Assembly: GCA_009889635.1 (NCBI GenBank)
Contig: WTZQ01000002.1
Span: 167,729-231,728, forward strand
Direction of reading: 5' to 3'
Length of the DNA: 64,000 nt
Source: Candidatus Hikarchaeum yamanae
GTDB lineage: Archaea; Halobacteriota; Halobacteria; Halobacteriales; Hikarchaeaceae
Shown: one piece after another, positions 38,415 through 48,642 of the stretch
Layout of the letters: each line of letters starts with the position of its first letter
Position numbering within the stretch: position 1 is the first letter of the stretch
Translations under genes and position numbers: made by a program
Notes under the pieces: model-generated
Told to the model about the DNA's origin: nothing
Database searches by the model: none
The model's input: only the letters and a program-made list of their open reading frames with translations

Positions 38415-39866
38415 TTAATATTTTTTAGCAAAATAAACAATTTCTTTCGCATCACTTCCACACACCGAACATAAATCTCCTTTTTGCACCTTCCCCTCCA
38501 TTTCCGACGGTATCATAACAATACTCGCTGCAATTTTTTCCTTAACTGTTTCTTCACACCCCTCTTCCCCACACCACGGCGTTTTTGCATATCCCCCTTG
38601 ACTAGTCAATTTATCTACAAGCTCTACTTCGTTTGACACTTCGTGAATGTTCTCTTGGAGGCTATCAAAAGCACGTTGGTATAATTTCTCATAGATTTTC
38701 TCAAGGTGGGATCTCATCGCATCTTCGACACCTTCTATCTCAATCAAATGGCGTTCTCCATCCGGTCTATGTACCAATGTTATTGTTCTATTTTCTACCT
38801 CTTTCGGACCAATTTCAATTCTTATTGGTACCCCTTTTAATTCCCATTCATTAAATTTGAAACCCGGATTTTTCTCATCTCTGTCATCCAATTGGACCCT
38901 GAATTCTGACAATGCTTTTTGAATTTCTCTAGCATATTCCATAACTTCTTCCCGTTTATCGCCTTTCCAAATGGGGACAATAACTATTTGCTCCGGGGCA
39001 ATGGCAGGTGGAAGTACCAAACCCTGGTCGTCCGAATGTGTCATTATGAGTGCTCCTATCGCTCTCCAGGAAAGCCCCCACGACGTTGTATGAACAAGCT
39101 GATTCTCTTCATTTTCATCCACATATCCGATTTCAAAAGCCTTTGAAAAAGTTGTCCCTAGGTAGTGACTTGTTCCCCCTTGAACTGATTTCCCATCTGG
39201 CATTAAAGCCTCCACTGTACTGGTCGTTTCTGCCCCTGGGAATTTGTCATGTTCTGGTTTTCTCCCCTTCAGTACGGGAATGGCCAATATTTCTCGATAT
39301 AGTCTTTCATATTGATCCAATCGCTGAATGGTTTCTGCCCATGCATCATCTCGATTTTTGTGCGCAGTATGCCCTTCTTGCCAAAGAAATTCTTTCGTTC
39401 TAAAGAATGGTTTGGTTTCTGTGGCCTCCCATCTCACCACCGAACACCACTGATTCAATCTGAGTGGAAGATCTCTATGACTTCTTACCCAGCGCGCCAT
39501 AAATGGGGCAATAATAGATTCAGAAGTAGGGCGAACAGCAAGTCTTTCTCCTAATTCTTCTTCCCCCCCATGTGTGACCCACGCCACTTCCGGATCAAAA
39601 CCCGCGATAATTTCTTTTTCACGCTCAAGATATTTCTCGGGAATCAAAACCGGGAAATAGGCATTTTCAACTCCGGTTTCTCGAAACCATGAATCTAAAT
39701 GAAAACGGATCGATTCCCATAGGGAGATTCCCCTTGGACGTACAATAATAAATCCTCCTACTGGGGAGTAATCAGCAATCTCGGCTTTCTTGACAACTTC
39801 TGCATACCATTCTCCTGGACTTTCATTTTTAGAATTGGAAATACCAAGCTCCTGTTCGCCTCTCAT
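38415..39866 (-). CDS. proS: prolyl-tRNA synthetase (archaeal/eukaryal type, class II)
   Basis: Class II motifs (FRTKEFLWQEGHT), an anticodon-binding domain, and a C-terminal Zn domain ending in ...KKY. Met 27 of the track ORF is preferred as the start. Confidence 0.9.
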   Translation of the reverse strand: MRGEQELGISNSKNESPGEWYAEVVKKAEIADYSPVGGFIIVRPRGISLWESIRFHLDSWFRETGVENAYFPVLIPEKYLEREKEIIAGFDPEVAWVTHGGEEELGERLAVRPTSESIIAPFMARWVRSHRDLPLRLNQWCSVVRWEATETKPFFRTKEFLWQEGHTAHKNRDDAWAETIQRLDQYERLYREILAIPVLKGRKPEHDKFPGAETTSTVEALMPDGKSVQGGTSHYLGTTFSKAFEIGYVDENEENQLVHTTSWGLSWRAIGALIMTHSDDQGLVLPPAIAPEQIVIVPIWKGDKREEVMEYAREIQKALSEFRVQLDDRDEKNPGFKFNEWELKGVPIRIEIGPKEVENRTITLVHRPDGERHLIEIEGVEDAMRSHLEKIYEKLYQRAFDSLQENIHEVSNEVELVDKLTSQGGYAKTPWCGEEGCEETVKEKIAASIVMIPSEMEGKVQKGDLCSVCGSDAKEIVYFAKKY

Positions 39867-40030
39867 AGACACTCTTTCTACCTCATAAGAGTAACCCTTT
39901 CCGATTTTTCTGTTCTCCTCTGTTGAAAAAGTTTTTATAATCACCCGGTGTAAACATACCAGCGGATTTTACCCGTCTCCTATGTTGGGTAATATTCTAT
40001 CTTTGGTTTTCTAGAGGGCTACTTACCACA

Positions 40031-41992
40031 GTGCTCAAGATGTCCAAGATTCCCCTGAAAGATTTCATAGCAATGAATGAAGTAGATAAAAAACTAGAAT
40101 CCATCCACGAAAAAATTCTTGATATATTACCCGAAAACCTTTCCATTTCCTCGGTCAATTATGAAGGACCTGAGCTAGTCGTATATACCTCAGATCCCAA
40201 AAAATTCGCCGAAAGTGGTGATATTGTTCGAACCCTTGCCAGTAGTCTCCAAAAAAGAATCACAATCCGTCCTGATTTGGACTCCCTTCTTCCCCCTAAA
40301 CAAACAGAAGAAATTATTCATAAAATCATACCCAAAGAAGCCAACGTGACTAGCCTTGATTTCCATGAAGATACTGGAGAAGTTTTAATTGAAGCAACTA
40401 GGCCTGGAATGGTCATTGGAAGACATGGGTCTACTATGCGCGAAATAACACAACAAATCGGATGGACGCCAGATGTTGTGCGAGCCCCTCCTATCGATTC
40501 CACTGTAGTTTCTAACGTTAGAAATTTCCTAAAACAACAGAGAAAAGAACGAAGATCCATTCTTGAAAGAGTAGGGCGCCATATTCACAGACCTAAAAAA
40601 TCCTCTGATAAATGGGTCAGATTGACCACTCTGGGATGCTGCCAAGAAGTTGGACGAGCTAGTTTTTTACTTTCCACACCCGAGACACGAATTTTAATCG
40701 ATTGTGGTGACAAACCAGGATCTGAAGATGAGTTTCCATATCTCCACGTATCAGAAGCTCTTGGAGCTGGAGCGAACTCTATAGATGCAGTAGTCCTCAC
40801 TCACGCACATCTCGATCATTCTGCTTTCATACCTCTTCTTTTCCGTTATGGATACGATGGTCCAATTTACGCCACAGAACCCACTCGAGACCTCATGGGT
40901 CTCCTCACTCTTGATTATCTAGATGTTGCTGCCCAAGAAGGCAGGACGCCTCCTTACACGTCCGAAATGATCCGGGAAGCGATAAAACACACAATCACCA
41001 TCCCCTATGGAAGTGTCACTGATATCGCACCTGATATAAAAGTAACTTTGCACAATGCCGGACATATTCTGGGATCTTCGATAGCCCATTTCCATATTGG
41101 GGATGGCCTATATAACATATGTTTTTCAGGGGACATACACTACCGTGGAACCCGTTTATTCAATGGAGCCGTAACCGATTTCCCACGGGTCGAAACTCTG
41201 ATACTTGAATCTACTTACGGTGGGAGGAATGATTATCAAACTGATCAAAAACAAGCCGAACAAAATCTTATTGAAATAGTCAAAACAACCACGGAAAACG
41301 GAGGAAAAGTCATCATTCCCGCCTTTGCGGTGGGACGATCTCAAGAGATTATGCTAGTATTGGAGGAGGCAATGCGAACAGGAGAACTCTCTGAGCTCCC
41401 TGTTTATCTTGATGGAATGATTTGGGAAGCAACAGCCATACATGCCGCCTATCCTGAATATCTTCGAGACGATCTAAGAAAGCGAATTTTCTACGACGAT
41501 GAGAATCCATTCCTTGCACCTCAATTTCATCACATAGAACGTGGAGATGAACAACGTCAGGAAATCAAAGATGAAGGTCCCTGCGTTATCATATCTACAA
41601 GTGGGATGATAACCGGAGGTCCGATTATGTCTTGGTTAGAGCATTTAGGCAACGATCCTGACAATACGCTTATCTTTGTTGGATATCAGGCACACGGAAC
41701 GCTCGGACGTAGAATTCAATCTGGCTGGGAAGAAATCCCAGTTTCTGGTTCTGGAGGACGAACGAGAACACTCAAATTAAAGTTCAATGTTGAGACTGTT
41801 GATGGATTTTCTGGACACGCCGACCGCCAAGGACTTTTAGATTTTGTCAAGTCAATGCACCCTCGCCCCGAAAAAGTTCTATGTGTGCATGGAGACGAAA
41901 GATCCACTCGGGATCTCTCATCTGCCCTTTACCGCCAGTTTAATATAAGAACATTCGCTCCCAAAAATCTTGAAACATTCCGATTCGTTTAG
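40031..41992 (+). CDS. beta-CASP ribonuclease aCPSF1 (KH-KH-MBL-beta-CASP)
   Basis: 653 aa. N-terminal KH region (VIGRHGSTMREI), MBL motif LTHAHLDHSA, beta-CASP and C-terminal GFSGHAD motifs. Confidence 0.9.
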   Translation: MLKMSKIPLKDFIAMNEVDKKLESIHEKILDILPENLSISSVNYEGPELVVYTSDPKKFAESGDIVRTLASSLQKRITIRPDLDSLLPPKQTEEIIHKIIPKEANVTSLDFHEDTGEVLIEATRPGMVIGRHGSTMREITQQIGWTPDVVRAPPIDSTVVSNVRNFLKQQRKERRSILERVGRHIHRPKKSSDKWVRLTTLGCCQEVGRASFLLSTPETRILIDCGDKPGSEDEFPYLHVSEALGAGANSIDAVVLTHAHLDHSAFIPLLFRYGYDGPIYATEPTRDLMGLLTLDYLDVAAQEGRTPPYTSEMIREAIKHTITIPYGSVTDIAPDIKVTLHNAGHILGSSIAHFHIGDGLYNICFSGDIHYRGTRLFNGAVTDFPRVETLILESTYGGRNDYQTDQKQAEQNLIEIVKTTTENGGKVIIPAFAVGRSQEIMLVLEEAMRTGELSELPVYLDGMIWEATAIHAAYPEYLRDDLRKRIFYDDENPFLAPQFHHIERGDEQRQEIKDEGPCVIISTSGMITGGPIMSWLEHLGNDPDNTLIFVGYQAHGTLGRRIQSGWEEIPVSGSGGRTRTLKLKFNVETVDGFSGHADRQGLLDFVKSMHPRPEKVLCVHGDERSTRDLSSALYRQFNIRTFAPKNLETFRFV

Positions 41993-42019
41993 TATCTCCC
42001 CTCTATTCTCTACACAAAT

Positions 42020-42520
42020 CTATACGCTTCCCCATTTTCCCCTAAAATAGGTCAGCACTTCCGCCTCCGATCGTAGAAGTTTCGCATCTTTTACTTTACC
42101 CATATATACTGTGTGATCTCCCTCTTCGACATTATCATATAGTGAACAATCTACATATGCAATCGAATTTTCAAAATACAACGATCCTGTTGGCAATACT
42201 TTCGTGATACTCTCCTCAAATGGATTTTCTTCAGCTTCTCCCATGTTCGCAAAATACTCCCCAATCCATTTTTGATCCGCTGCAAGTATATTGATACAAA
42301 AAGTGTCATTCATACCTTCTTTTAATCTTTTATAAGCCTCTGAATTATGGTCAAGACAAATTGATATCAAGGTTGGCTCTAGAGATACACTAGTAAACGA
42401 ATTAACAGTAATCCCATGCGGAGGATCTCCTGGCAGTGTCACTACCGTTACACCCGCAATGAAATTCCCCATTACACCGCGAAAATCTTTTATATCCATG
42501 TTATTTATGTTGTTTTCCAT
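42020..42520 (-). CDS. flavin reductase family protein (FMN-binding split barrel)
   Basis: 166 aa. FRGVMGNFIAGVTVVT...NSFTSVSLEP pattern. Confidence 0.8.
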   Translation of the reverse strand: MENNINNMDIKDFRGVMGNFIAGVTVVTLPGDPPHGITVNSFTSVSLEPTLISICLDHNSEAYKRLKEGMNDTFCINILAADQKWIGEYFANMGEAEENPFEESITKVLPTGSLYFENSIAYVDCSLYDNVEEGDHTVYMGKVKDAKLLRSEAEVLTYFRGKWGSV

Positions 42521-42595
42521 AGACTATATGTCCTCTCATATCCCTCAAATCCCCATCTAGTAAACATCAAGTCAAATCCCCTCCAAAATTCAGTC

Positions 42596-43813
42596 GTGTC
42601 TATAGATTCTACTAATGTCCCTGAGGAATCTCTTCTTCGAGGTTATACTGGTAAAATCTCTCTTCTATTAGCATTCGGATGGCTCATGATAATGTCTGGG
42701 AGATCCCTCCTCCCCGCTCTACTTCCTCTAATCTCTATTGAACTATCATTGACTCCTGACAAAGCAGGGTTTGCCCTAACAGTCGTTTGGTTATTCTATT
42801 CTATAGCACAGTATCCCGGGGGACGATTTTCAGATCAATTATCCAGAAAAACAGTTCTAGTATTTAGCCTATGTGCATTGGTTCTTGGACTTGCCCTCTT
42901 AACCCAAACACAATCATATCTCCAATTCCTTGCCGCAGGCGCTCTTCTCGGCGTGGGGGCTGGTGGATATTTCTGCCCCACACGTGCCCTTCTTTCTGAT
43001 TTTTATTCGAAAAAACGTGGTCAGGCATTTGGAATTCAAGTTGCTTCTGGAAGGACCGGAAGCGCCGTTGCAGCGTTATTTGGTGGAGTAGCTCTCGGTG
43101 GGGTAGCAATACTTGGAGGGCCATTTTGGAGAGAAGCATTTTTCCCTGTAATACTACTGCTAATATGTGTAATTTTCTTATTACATAAATGGAGTAAAGA
43201 ACCCTATAAATTCAGTCGAGTAAGCTTGGACCTCGGAAGCACTGGCTCTCGTGTATTCCGTAATAAAAAAATTAGACTAATTCTAATTGCTTATATTTTC
43301 TTTGCCATAACTAGCCAAGCATTTTCCTCTTTTCTTCCCACTTTCTTATTAATCGAACGTGGATTCTCAACTACCCTTACAAGTATCGGATTTGCAACAT
43401 TATTCCTCGTCGGTGTTCCTTCCACCCTACTTGGTGGATTCATCGGGGATAGATTTTCAAGAATGTATGTCACAATAGCTGCACTCTTCATCGGTGCCAT
43501 CGGCCTAATCATACTCCTCCTTTTCGAGTCACCCGCTTTGGTAATTTTTGGAATCATTGTATATGCACTTGGAACCTGGGCATTTCCCCCTGTAATGCAA
43601 TCCTATCTATTCGAACTTTTCCCCGAGGACACGGTGGGAGGCGATTTCGGCGCTCTTAAAACAATCTACACCGGAGTTGGTAGTTTTGGATCTACCTATG
43701 TTGGCATAGTAGCCGCATATTATGGTAGTTATGGGTTAGCGTTTGTAGGGCTCATAGTTGCATTGCTGTTAGGATCTTCTATTTTATTTTCCATCAGCCG
43801 TTCGAAGCTCTAA
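42596..43813 (+). CDS. MFS transporter
   Basis: About 12 TM segments and the MFS motif-A-like GGRFSDQLSRK. In-frame GTG 42596 is preferred; the track start 42416 would overlap the divergent flavin reductase gene by 105 nt. Confidence 0.7.
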   Translation: MSIDSTNVPEESLLRGYTGKISLLLAFGWLMIMSGRSLLPALLPLISIELSLTPDKAGFALTVVWLFYSIAQYPGGRFSDQLSRKTVLVFSLCALVLGLALLTQTQSYLQFLAAGALLGVGAGGYFCPTRALLSDFYSKKRGQAFGIQVASGRTGSAVAALFGGVALGGVAILGGPFWREAFFPVILLLICVIFLLHKWSKEPYKFSRVSLDLGSTGSRVFRNKKIRLILIAYIFFAITSQAFSSFLPTFLLIERGFSTTLTSIGFATLFLVGVPSTLLGGFIGDRFSRMYVTIAALFIGAIGLIILLLFESPALVIFGIIVYALGTWAFPPVMQSYLFELFPEDTVGGDFGALKTIYTGVGSFGSTYVGIVAAYYGSYGLAFVGLIVALLLGSSILFSISRSKL

Positions 43814-44361
43814 TATTTCCATTCCGTTGTAATTTCTAGTAGCTGAACCAAAATACGTGCTGTAGCTCCCCATATGGTGTCTTCTTCTATGTAGAAATAA
43901 GGCAGCAATATAGTTTCTTTACCATTTGTGTGTTCCTTCCATTCAAAACAATCTCCGGCAATTAAAGCTTCAATTGGATATCTCACGATCTCTGCAACTT
44001 CTTCCTCATTCCTATCATATTCTCTATCTGGTATCCTTGCAACAAATGGGGTTATAGTGTATTTTGTAATCGTTTCGCATTCATTGAGCTGGCCAATAAA
44101 CTCGATTTCATGTGCCTGTATACCTATCTCTTCTCCCGCTTCCCGGATTGCTGTTCTTTTTAATATTTTATCTTTCTGCTCATACCTTCCCCCTGGAAAA
44201 CTCATTTGCCCCGGATGTTCATCAAGCCAATCGGTTCTCTTTGTAAATAGTATCTCTTCTTTTTTCTCTCCTAAAATTAATGGAACAACTACTGCAGCCC
44301 TTGAATTTCCTTTTACTCCCAGCCCCTTCGGCACCGCGCGACTTATTTTTTCAGTATCCAT
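43810..44361 (-). CDS. NUDIX hydrolase, CoA-pyrophosphatase type
   Basis: 183 aa. Nudix box GGRYEQKDKILKRTAIREAGEEIGI preceded by ILFTKRTDWLDEHPGQMSFPGG, which matches the CoA-binding NuCoA signature (LLTxRxxxLxxHxGxxxFPGG). Confidence 0.75.
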   Translation of the reverse strand: MDTEKISRAVPKGLGVKGNSRAAVVVPLILGEKKEEILFTKRTDWLDEHPGQMSFPGGRYEQKDKILKRTAIREAGEEIGIQAHEIEFIGQLNECETITKYTITPFVARIPDREYDRNEEEVAEIVRYPIEALIAGDCFEWKEHTNGKETILLPYFYIEEDTIWGATARILVQLLEITTEWKY

Positions 44362-44370
44362 TTCCCCGAA

Positions 44371-44850
44371 TCATTCCTCAATATTTCCCCTATTGTCTAT
44401 TATTCTTTCCAGTTTCTTTCGAATACCATCAACGTCTACCCCTGCCCAAATCTCTAAATCGTAACACACATTTAGCAAACTTTCTATCTGATTTCTATCT
44501 TTTTCAAAAATCGCTATTTCAACTTCTTTGCCTATCCTTTCCACAACACTTTTTTCCACTTCTTCTCTATTTATCTCCCGTTCTCCCACTAAAATAAGGT
44601 GAGGTAAATCTTCCCCACCTTCTGGAAGCTCGGGCAAAGCAGATGGGCCCGCCACCAGTAGCCCCTGATCCACCAATTCTACTAGATAATATTTTTCAAT
44701 AGCCTCGTCAATACGAAAGTTCAACCCCTTGATATCTACACCATCACCCATCCGGGCGCCAATATCTTGGAACCCTCCTATCAATTCTTCCCGCGACAAA
44801 CCTCCGAACAAATCCACCGCACCTACAAGCTCATCTAGTGTTGGGTCCAT
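44371..44850 (-). CDS. hypothetical acidic protein (conserved-looking, unknown function)
   Basis: 159 aa. Gaps of 12 nt and 9 nt to the flanking same-strand genes suggest it is an operon member. No motif recognised. Confidence 0.55.
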   Translation of the reverse strand: MDPTLDELVGAVDLFGGLSREELIGGFQDIGARMGDGVDIKGLNFRIDEAIEKYYLVELVDQGLLVAGPSALPELPEGGEDLPHLILVGEREINREEVEKSVVERIGKEVEIAIFEKDRNQIESLLNVCYDLEIWAGVDVDGIRKKLERIIDNRGNIEE

Positions 44851-44862
44851 TTTTCAATCCTT

Positions 44863-45960
44863 TTACTCCCCACTCAAATCCACATCTTCTAAGGATGCTC
44901 TTTTTATATCTTTCATTTGTATTCCAAGCTCTTCCCAAGATGCTATTCGAGTATCCCCCCTTGGGGCCTTAATCGACTCTTTGTATTCTTCAACCTGGGC
45001 ACATTCCTCTTGCGCATCATACTCCAACCCATTGAATTTCGCATCCAATTCATATTGGCGAATAAATTCACTTGCCATAGATTCATACGCCTTACGAGCC
45101 ACGTCATATTTCACTTTCACCCCCTCTCTTCGAAGTATGCCGAACAATGCGTCACTCACTTCTAGACTCATTTCAGCTAACCCATTTGGACCACTTTTTT
45201 CTCTGTGAAAATGTTCGTATATGCCCAAATCTACCTGGGCTGTGGACTCAAAACCCGCAAAATTAAAGGCTTCTCCTAGAAGTCCCACTTCCAGACCAAA
45301 ACCCCGTTCCATTTTGATTCTCTTTATCTCTTGAGATCTGATGCCAAACTCCCCTGATAATCCGTATCTAAATACATCTAGATATCTTAAAATTGGAGTA
45401 TCATATAGGTCTCTAAGAGACCTTACCAGAGGTGCATAAAACAATCTACAAAGACGACCATATAATCTGTCATTTTCTATTCTAGCATAATATCCTTTCA
45501 CAAATTTATTTCCTTCAGTTAAGGGGAAAAGTAGCCTAGAAATATCCTCTCCCACATATGTTTTCCTGTCAACATCATGGCATACTATGAATTCTCCATA
45601 TTCACTAGCCAATCCAAGAGCGAGCCAAATATCATGGCCCTTTCCATTTCTCCCCTCTAATCCTTTCTTCCTCAACGTTTCTGTCATTCGATTTCCATTA
45701 CACCAAAGCATCTTCACATCTAGATTAAATTCATTCAACCACTCCTCTATGTCTCTCACACTTTGCTCCTCGCATCGCAATGCCACAATTACCTTTTCAG
45801 GTCCAATACGTTCTATTTCCGAGAAGGTCCATTCGGTCGCATCCAAGCGAAAATCCCTTTCCAACATCGGGACCACCACCACCACGTCCTCCATTGAACA
45901 TTCTGGATTTTTTTCAGTTAGTTTATGAAGTGTAGTTACCTCACCCGGAACATAGTCCAT
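44863..45960 (-). CDS. GT-A fold glycosyltransferase (GpgS/MpgS-like candidate)
   Basis: 365 aa, soluble. N-terminal VVVVPMLERD and a DxD-like CHDVDRK. The overall layout resembles glycosyl-3-phosphoglycerate synthases. Specificity not established. Confidence 0.5.
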   Translation of the reverse strand: MDYVPGEVTTLHKLTEKNPECSMEDVVVVVPMLERDFRLDATEWTFSEIERIGPEKVIVALRCEEQSVRDIEEWLNEFNLDVKMLWCNGNRMTETLRKKGLEGRNGKGHDIWLALGLASEYGEFIVCHDVDRKTYVGEDISRLLFPLTEGNKFVKGYYARIENDRLYGRLCRLFYAPLVRSLRDLYDTPILRYLDVFRYGLSGEFGIRSQEIKRIKMERGFGLEVGLLGEAFNFAGFESTAQVDLGIYEHFHREKSGPNGLAEMSLEVSDALFGILRREGVKVKYDVARKAYESMASEFIRQYELDAKFNGLEYDAQEECAQVEEYKESIKAPRGDTRIASWEELGIQMKDIKRASLEDVDLSGE

Positions 45961-46006
45961 TAATTGTTCTCACTTTAGTCTGGTACCACAAAACTTACTC
46001 GACTTA

Positions 46007-47182
46007 TTATTGCATTTCGCCGGTCATCGCAGTGAACAAACGTTCTGGAAGCTCCTTGCAATATTCACGATTCTGCTTTTTCGTCTTTGCCGTTATTTGA
46101 CCGGCACCCGCTTTGGGTTTTCCCCCTGCATCTGCCTCTGGTATATCAACAAGGGCAGCCTGTAATGTATCTCCCATGTGAACTCGGTCGTCTCTAGATC
46201 TACCTTTAATATGTGTTGTAGTACCCTTGTATCCATACACCACCACGGCTGTGGTTCCCTCTAGCCCTAGCAATTCATCTGCCGCTTGGGATAACGCATC
46301 CACGTTAGACACCTCTCCTACATTACTAATCACAAATGGACCTCTTGACTCTCGTTTTAGAATAGAAGATGCAATAATATCAAGCACTTCTGCATCTATT
46401 TCTGGATTTGCTATCCTATCCAAACTATCCTCATCAATCCCCTCGTAAAGATAAGCACTTGCAGCAAACTCCGCTTCTGATGCACCTTTCGTAAAATTCT
46501 TCGTATCTGTTAATATTCCAAATAATAACCCCGTGGCAACTCTCCTTGGAAGGTCAATTCTACCTATTTTGGGTTGGATAATTCTCCCTGCTACTGCTCC
46601 TAAGTCTGAAAAATATTCTGTAACGATGGAAGAGCATGATCCATACTCCGGACGGATATCTGTAAATCCCACGCCCTTCCCCTCTCCGGGGTGGTGGTCT
46701 ATCACGGCGTATGGTATCAGCTTTTCTGCCCCCGGAAATCCTCTTGCAACATTGTGATCCACTAGAAAAATAGCCCCTCCTGCTATATCTTCGTCAGATT
46801 CTATTTTCTCCATTGAAGTCCCCAACACCGTTTTAAATGCCCTATTTTCTTGGTGCCTTATTTCTCCTGGATATTGTATCGTCGTCGCAACCCCCATGGA
46901 TTCTGCTATATGCGCAATTCCTATCGCAGAAGCCATCGCATCAGGATCTGGATTGGAATGAGTTAGTATTACAATTCTTTCTAGTGTACTGAGTTTCTTT
47001 TTCAAAACCCGACCATTGGGACGTTTTCCTATATACTTAACTAATAAGATTATCAATAGGGCCACAACAGCCATTATAGCAACTATGATCTCTATCCCTG
47101 CTGTTTCATATACTAATTCAGCTACAGTGGTGAAATTTTGCAGGACGGACGACGTTAAATTTATAAAAACTTCTCTAATCAT
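46007..47182 (-). CDS. membrane-anchored DHH/DHHA1 family phosphoesterase
   Basis: 391 aa. One N-terminal TM (IEIIVAIMAVVALLIILLV), DHH motifs LTHSNPDPDAMAS, FLVDHN and VIDHHPG, and a DHHA1 Gly-rich region DAGGKPKAGAG. Confidence 0.75.
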   Translation of the reverse strand: MIREVFINLTSSVLQNFTTVAELVYETAGIEIIVAIMAVVALLIILLVKYIGKRPNGRVLKKKLSTLERIVILTHSNPDPDAMASAIGIAHIAESMGVATTIQYPGEIRHQENRAFKTVLGTSMEKIESDEDIAGGAIFLVDHNVARGFPGAEKLIPYAVIDHHPGEGKGVGFTDIRPEYGSCSSIVTEYFSDLGAVAGRIIQPKIGRIDLPRRVATGLLFGILTDTKNFTKGASEAEFAASAYLYEGIDEDSLDRIANPEIDAEVLDIIASSILKRESRGPFVISNVGEVSNVDALSQAADELLGLEGTTAVVVYGYKGTTTHIKGRSRDDRVHMGDTLQAALVDIPEADAGGKPKAGAGQITAKTKKQNREYCKELPERLFTAMTGEMQ

Positions 47183-47241
47183 GTGGTATTTTCTCTAATA
47201 CAAAGAGTTTCTTGCGTACTTATCCTTCCATTCTCACCCTA

Positions 47242-48585
47242 CTAGATTAAACTTTCTCCATCAAACACGGCTGGATCATGCTCTATTCCCATTAATCCCA
47301 AGATTGTTGGGGCTATGTTATATAAATTTGACCCCTCTATTACCATTCCGGGTCTATCTATGATCAATAACGCATTTTCAAACGTATGCATGCCATTTCT
47401 AGGCCCTTTTCCAAACACATCTTCCCTTTCTCCAAAACCCGCTTTCAGATCAAAACCATCATTCGGCAGTGCCACCAAATCCGGAGCAATTCCCACATGG
47501 TCTCCTGTAAAAACCTCTTCACTTTTTTCAACACTTTTTATGACCTTTCCCCCTTCTGGTCCTTCTACCTCTAGTAACATTTCTTTCAGTTCTTCACGTA
47601 CATTTTCATAATCTTCTAGCTTAATCTCGCCATTTGGCTCTCTGCCTTTCAAATTTATATAAAATCTACCCGGTATCAGTGAGTATGCTTTGGACCCCAA
47701 AGAAACATCCTCCAAGTTATTTTTCCTATTTTCTCTATATTTTACCCAACCTAATCTCTGAAGCCACTCATTCGCATGGAATTCATATATCAATTCCGTA
47801 AAACCATGATCAGAAGCTATCATCATTGTTACATCTTCTGCTAACATTTCTTTCAGTTTGCCTATGTATTCATCCAATATTCTATAAAATCCAAGAAATT
47901 CTTCAAAATATTCTCCCCCTTGCTTATAATCTCCATATAAAAAGTGGTTCACCCGATCTGTCGTCATGAACACTCCAAAAAATAGATCCCAATCATCCTT
48001 TTCAATAAAATACTCGAACGCTTCAAAACGCTTCTCCAGCGTAAACAAAGCATCCTGTAAAAATGCTGTTTTATCTTCTTCATGACCCAATCTCGAATCA
48101 ACATCAATTCTATATCCCATCGACATTAAATATTCTTTTACCTCTTGTGGTTTTGCTGCACTCTCCACTGAAGTAGACAAAAAACCAGAAACCATCCGTT
48201 GCACTCCACCCCTTGGGGGATATGTTACAGGAACATTCATCACGGTTGCCTTTTTTCCCATTTCTGCAATCAATTCCCACACACGCTTGGACTTCACATC
48301 CTCCCCCATTGGAATATATGTCTCGTGACTTCCAATCTTCCTTTCCTGGAACCCATAGACCCCTGTCGATCCTGGATTCTTTCCGGTCGTGATGCTAGGC
48401 CAGCAGGCACTAGACTCTGGAGGGACTATACTTCTAATCGAACCTGAAGACCCTTGCCTCGAGATGGCTGTTAGATTCTGAAACACGTCCGGATTCTCCA
48501 CTACAAGAGAATGCGGGACGCCATCAATCCCAATAAATGCTACCCTTGGGCCATCTTCTCTGCGCAAACGGTCAAATAATCCCAT
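47242..48585 (-). CDS. alkaline-phosphatase superfamily protein (type I phosphodiesterase/nucleotide pyrophosphatase-like)
   Basis: 447 aa. FIGIDGVP at the N-terminus, WPSITTGKNPGSTGV, and SDHGF near residue 260, typical of the NPP/AP fold. Confidence 0.7.
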   Translation of the reverse strand: MGLFDRLRREDGPRVAFIGIDGVPHSLVVENPDVFQNLTAISRQGSSGSIRSIVPPESSACWPSITTGKNPGSTGVYGFQERKIGSHETYIPMGEDVKSKRVWELIAEMGKKATVMNVPVTYPPRGGVQRMVSGFLSTSVESAAKPQEVKEYLMSMGYRIDVDSRLGHEEDKTAFLQDALFTLEKRFEAFEYFIEKDDWDLFFGVFMTTDRVNHFLYGDYKQGGEYFEEFLGFYRILDEYIGKLKEMLAEDVTMMIASDHGFTELIYEFHANEWLQRLGWVKYRENRKNNLEDVSLGSKAYSLIPGRFYINLKGREPNGEIKLEDYENVREELKEMLLEVEGPEGGKVIKSVEKSEEVFTGDHVGIAPDLVALPNDGFDLKAGFGEREDVFGKGPRNGMHTFENALLIIDRPGMVIEGSNLYNIAPTILGLMGIEHDPAVFDGESLI

Positions 48586-48642
48586 AAACCTAATGTTCTC
48601 GTCTACTTAGGTATATCTCGACTTTGAAAAACCCTGTCTTTT

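Noticed and set aside
42416-42595. A 60-codon N-terminal extension of the MFS transporter, and the analogous extensions of purB (28037-28162) and proS (39867-39944).
   Set aside because: The extensions overlap the divergent gene or promoter and lack TM or conserved character. Internal in-frame starts give canonical N-termini.
43928-45208. Long plus-strand ORFs (178, 105 and 159 aa) antisense to the Nudix, hypothetical and glycosyltransferase genes. This could have been an overlapping-gene system.
   Set aside because: The products are low-complexity Ser/Pro/Phe/Ile-rich strings with no motifs. They lie on the pyrimidine-rich strand opposite purine-rich coding sequence, where stop codons are rare. 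The minus-strand genes have clear enzyme motifs.
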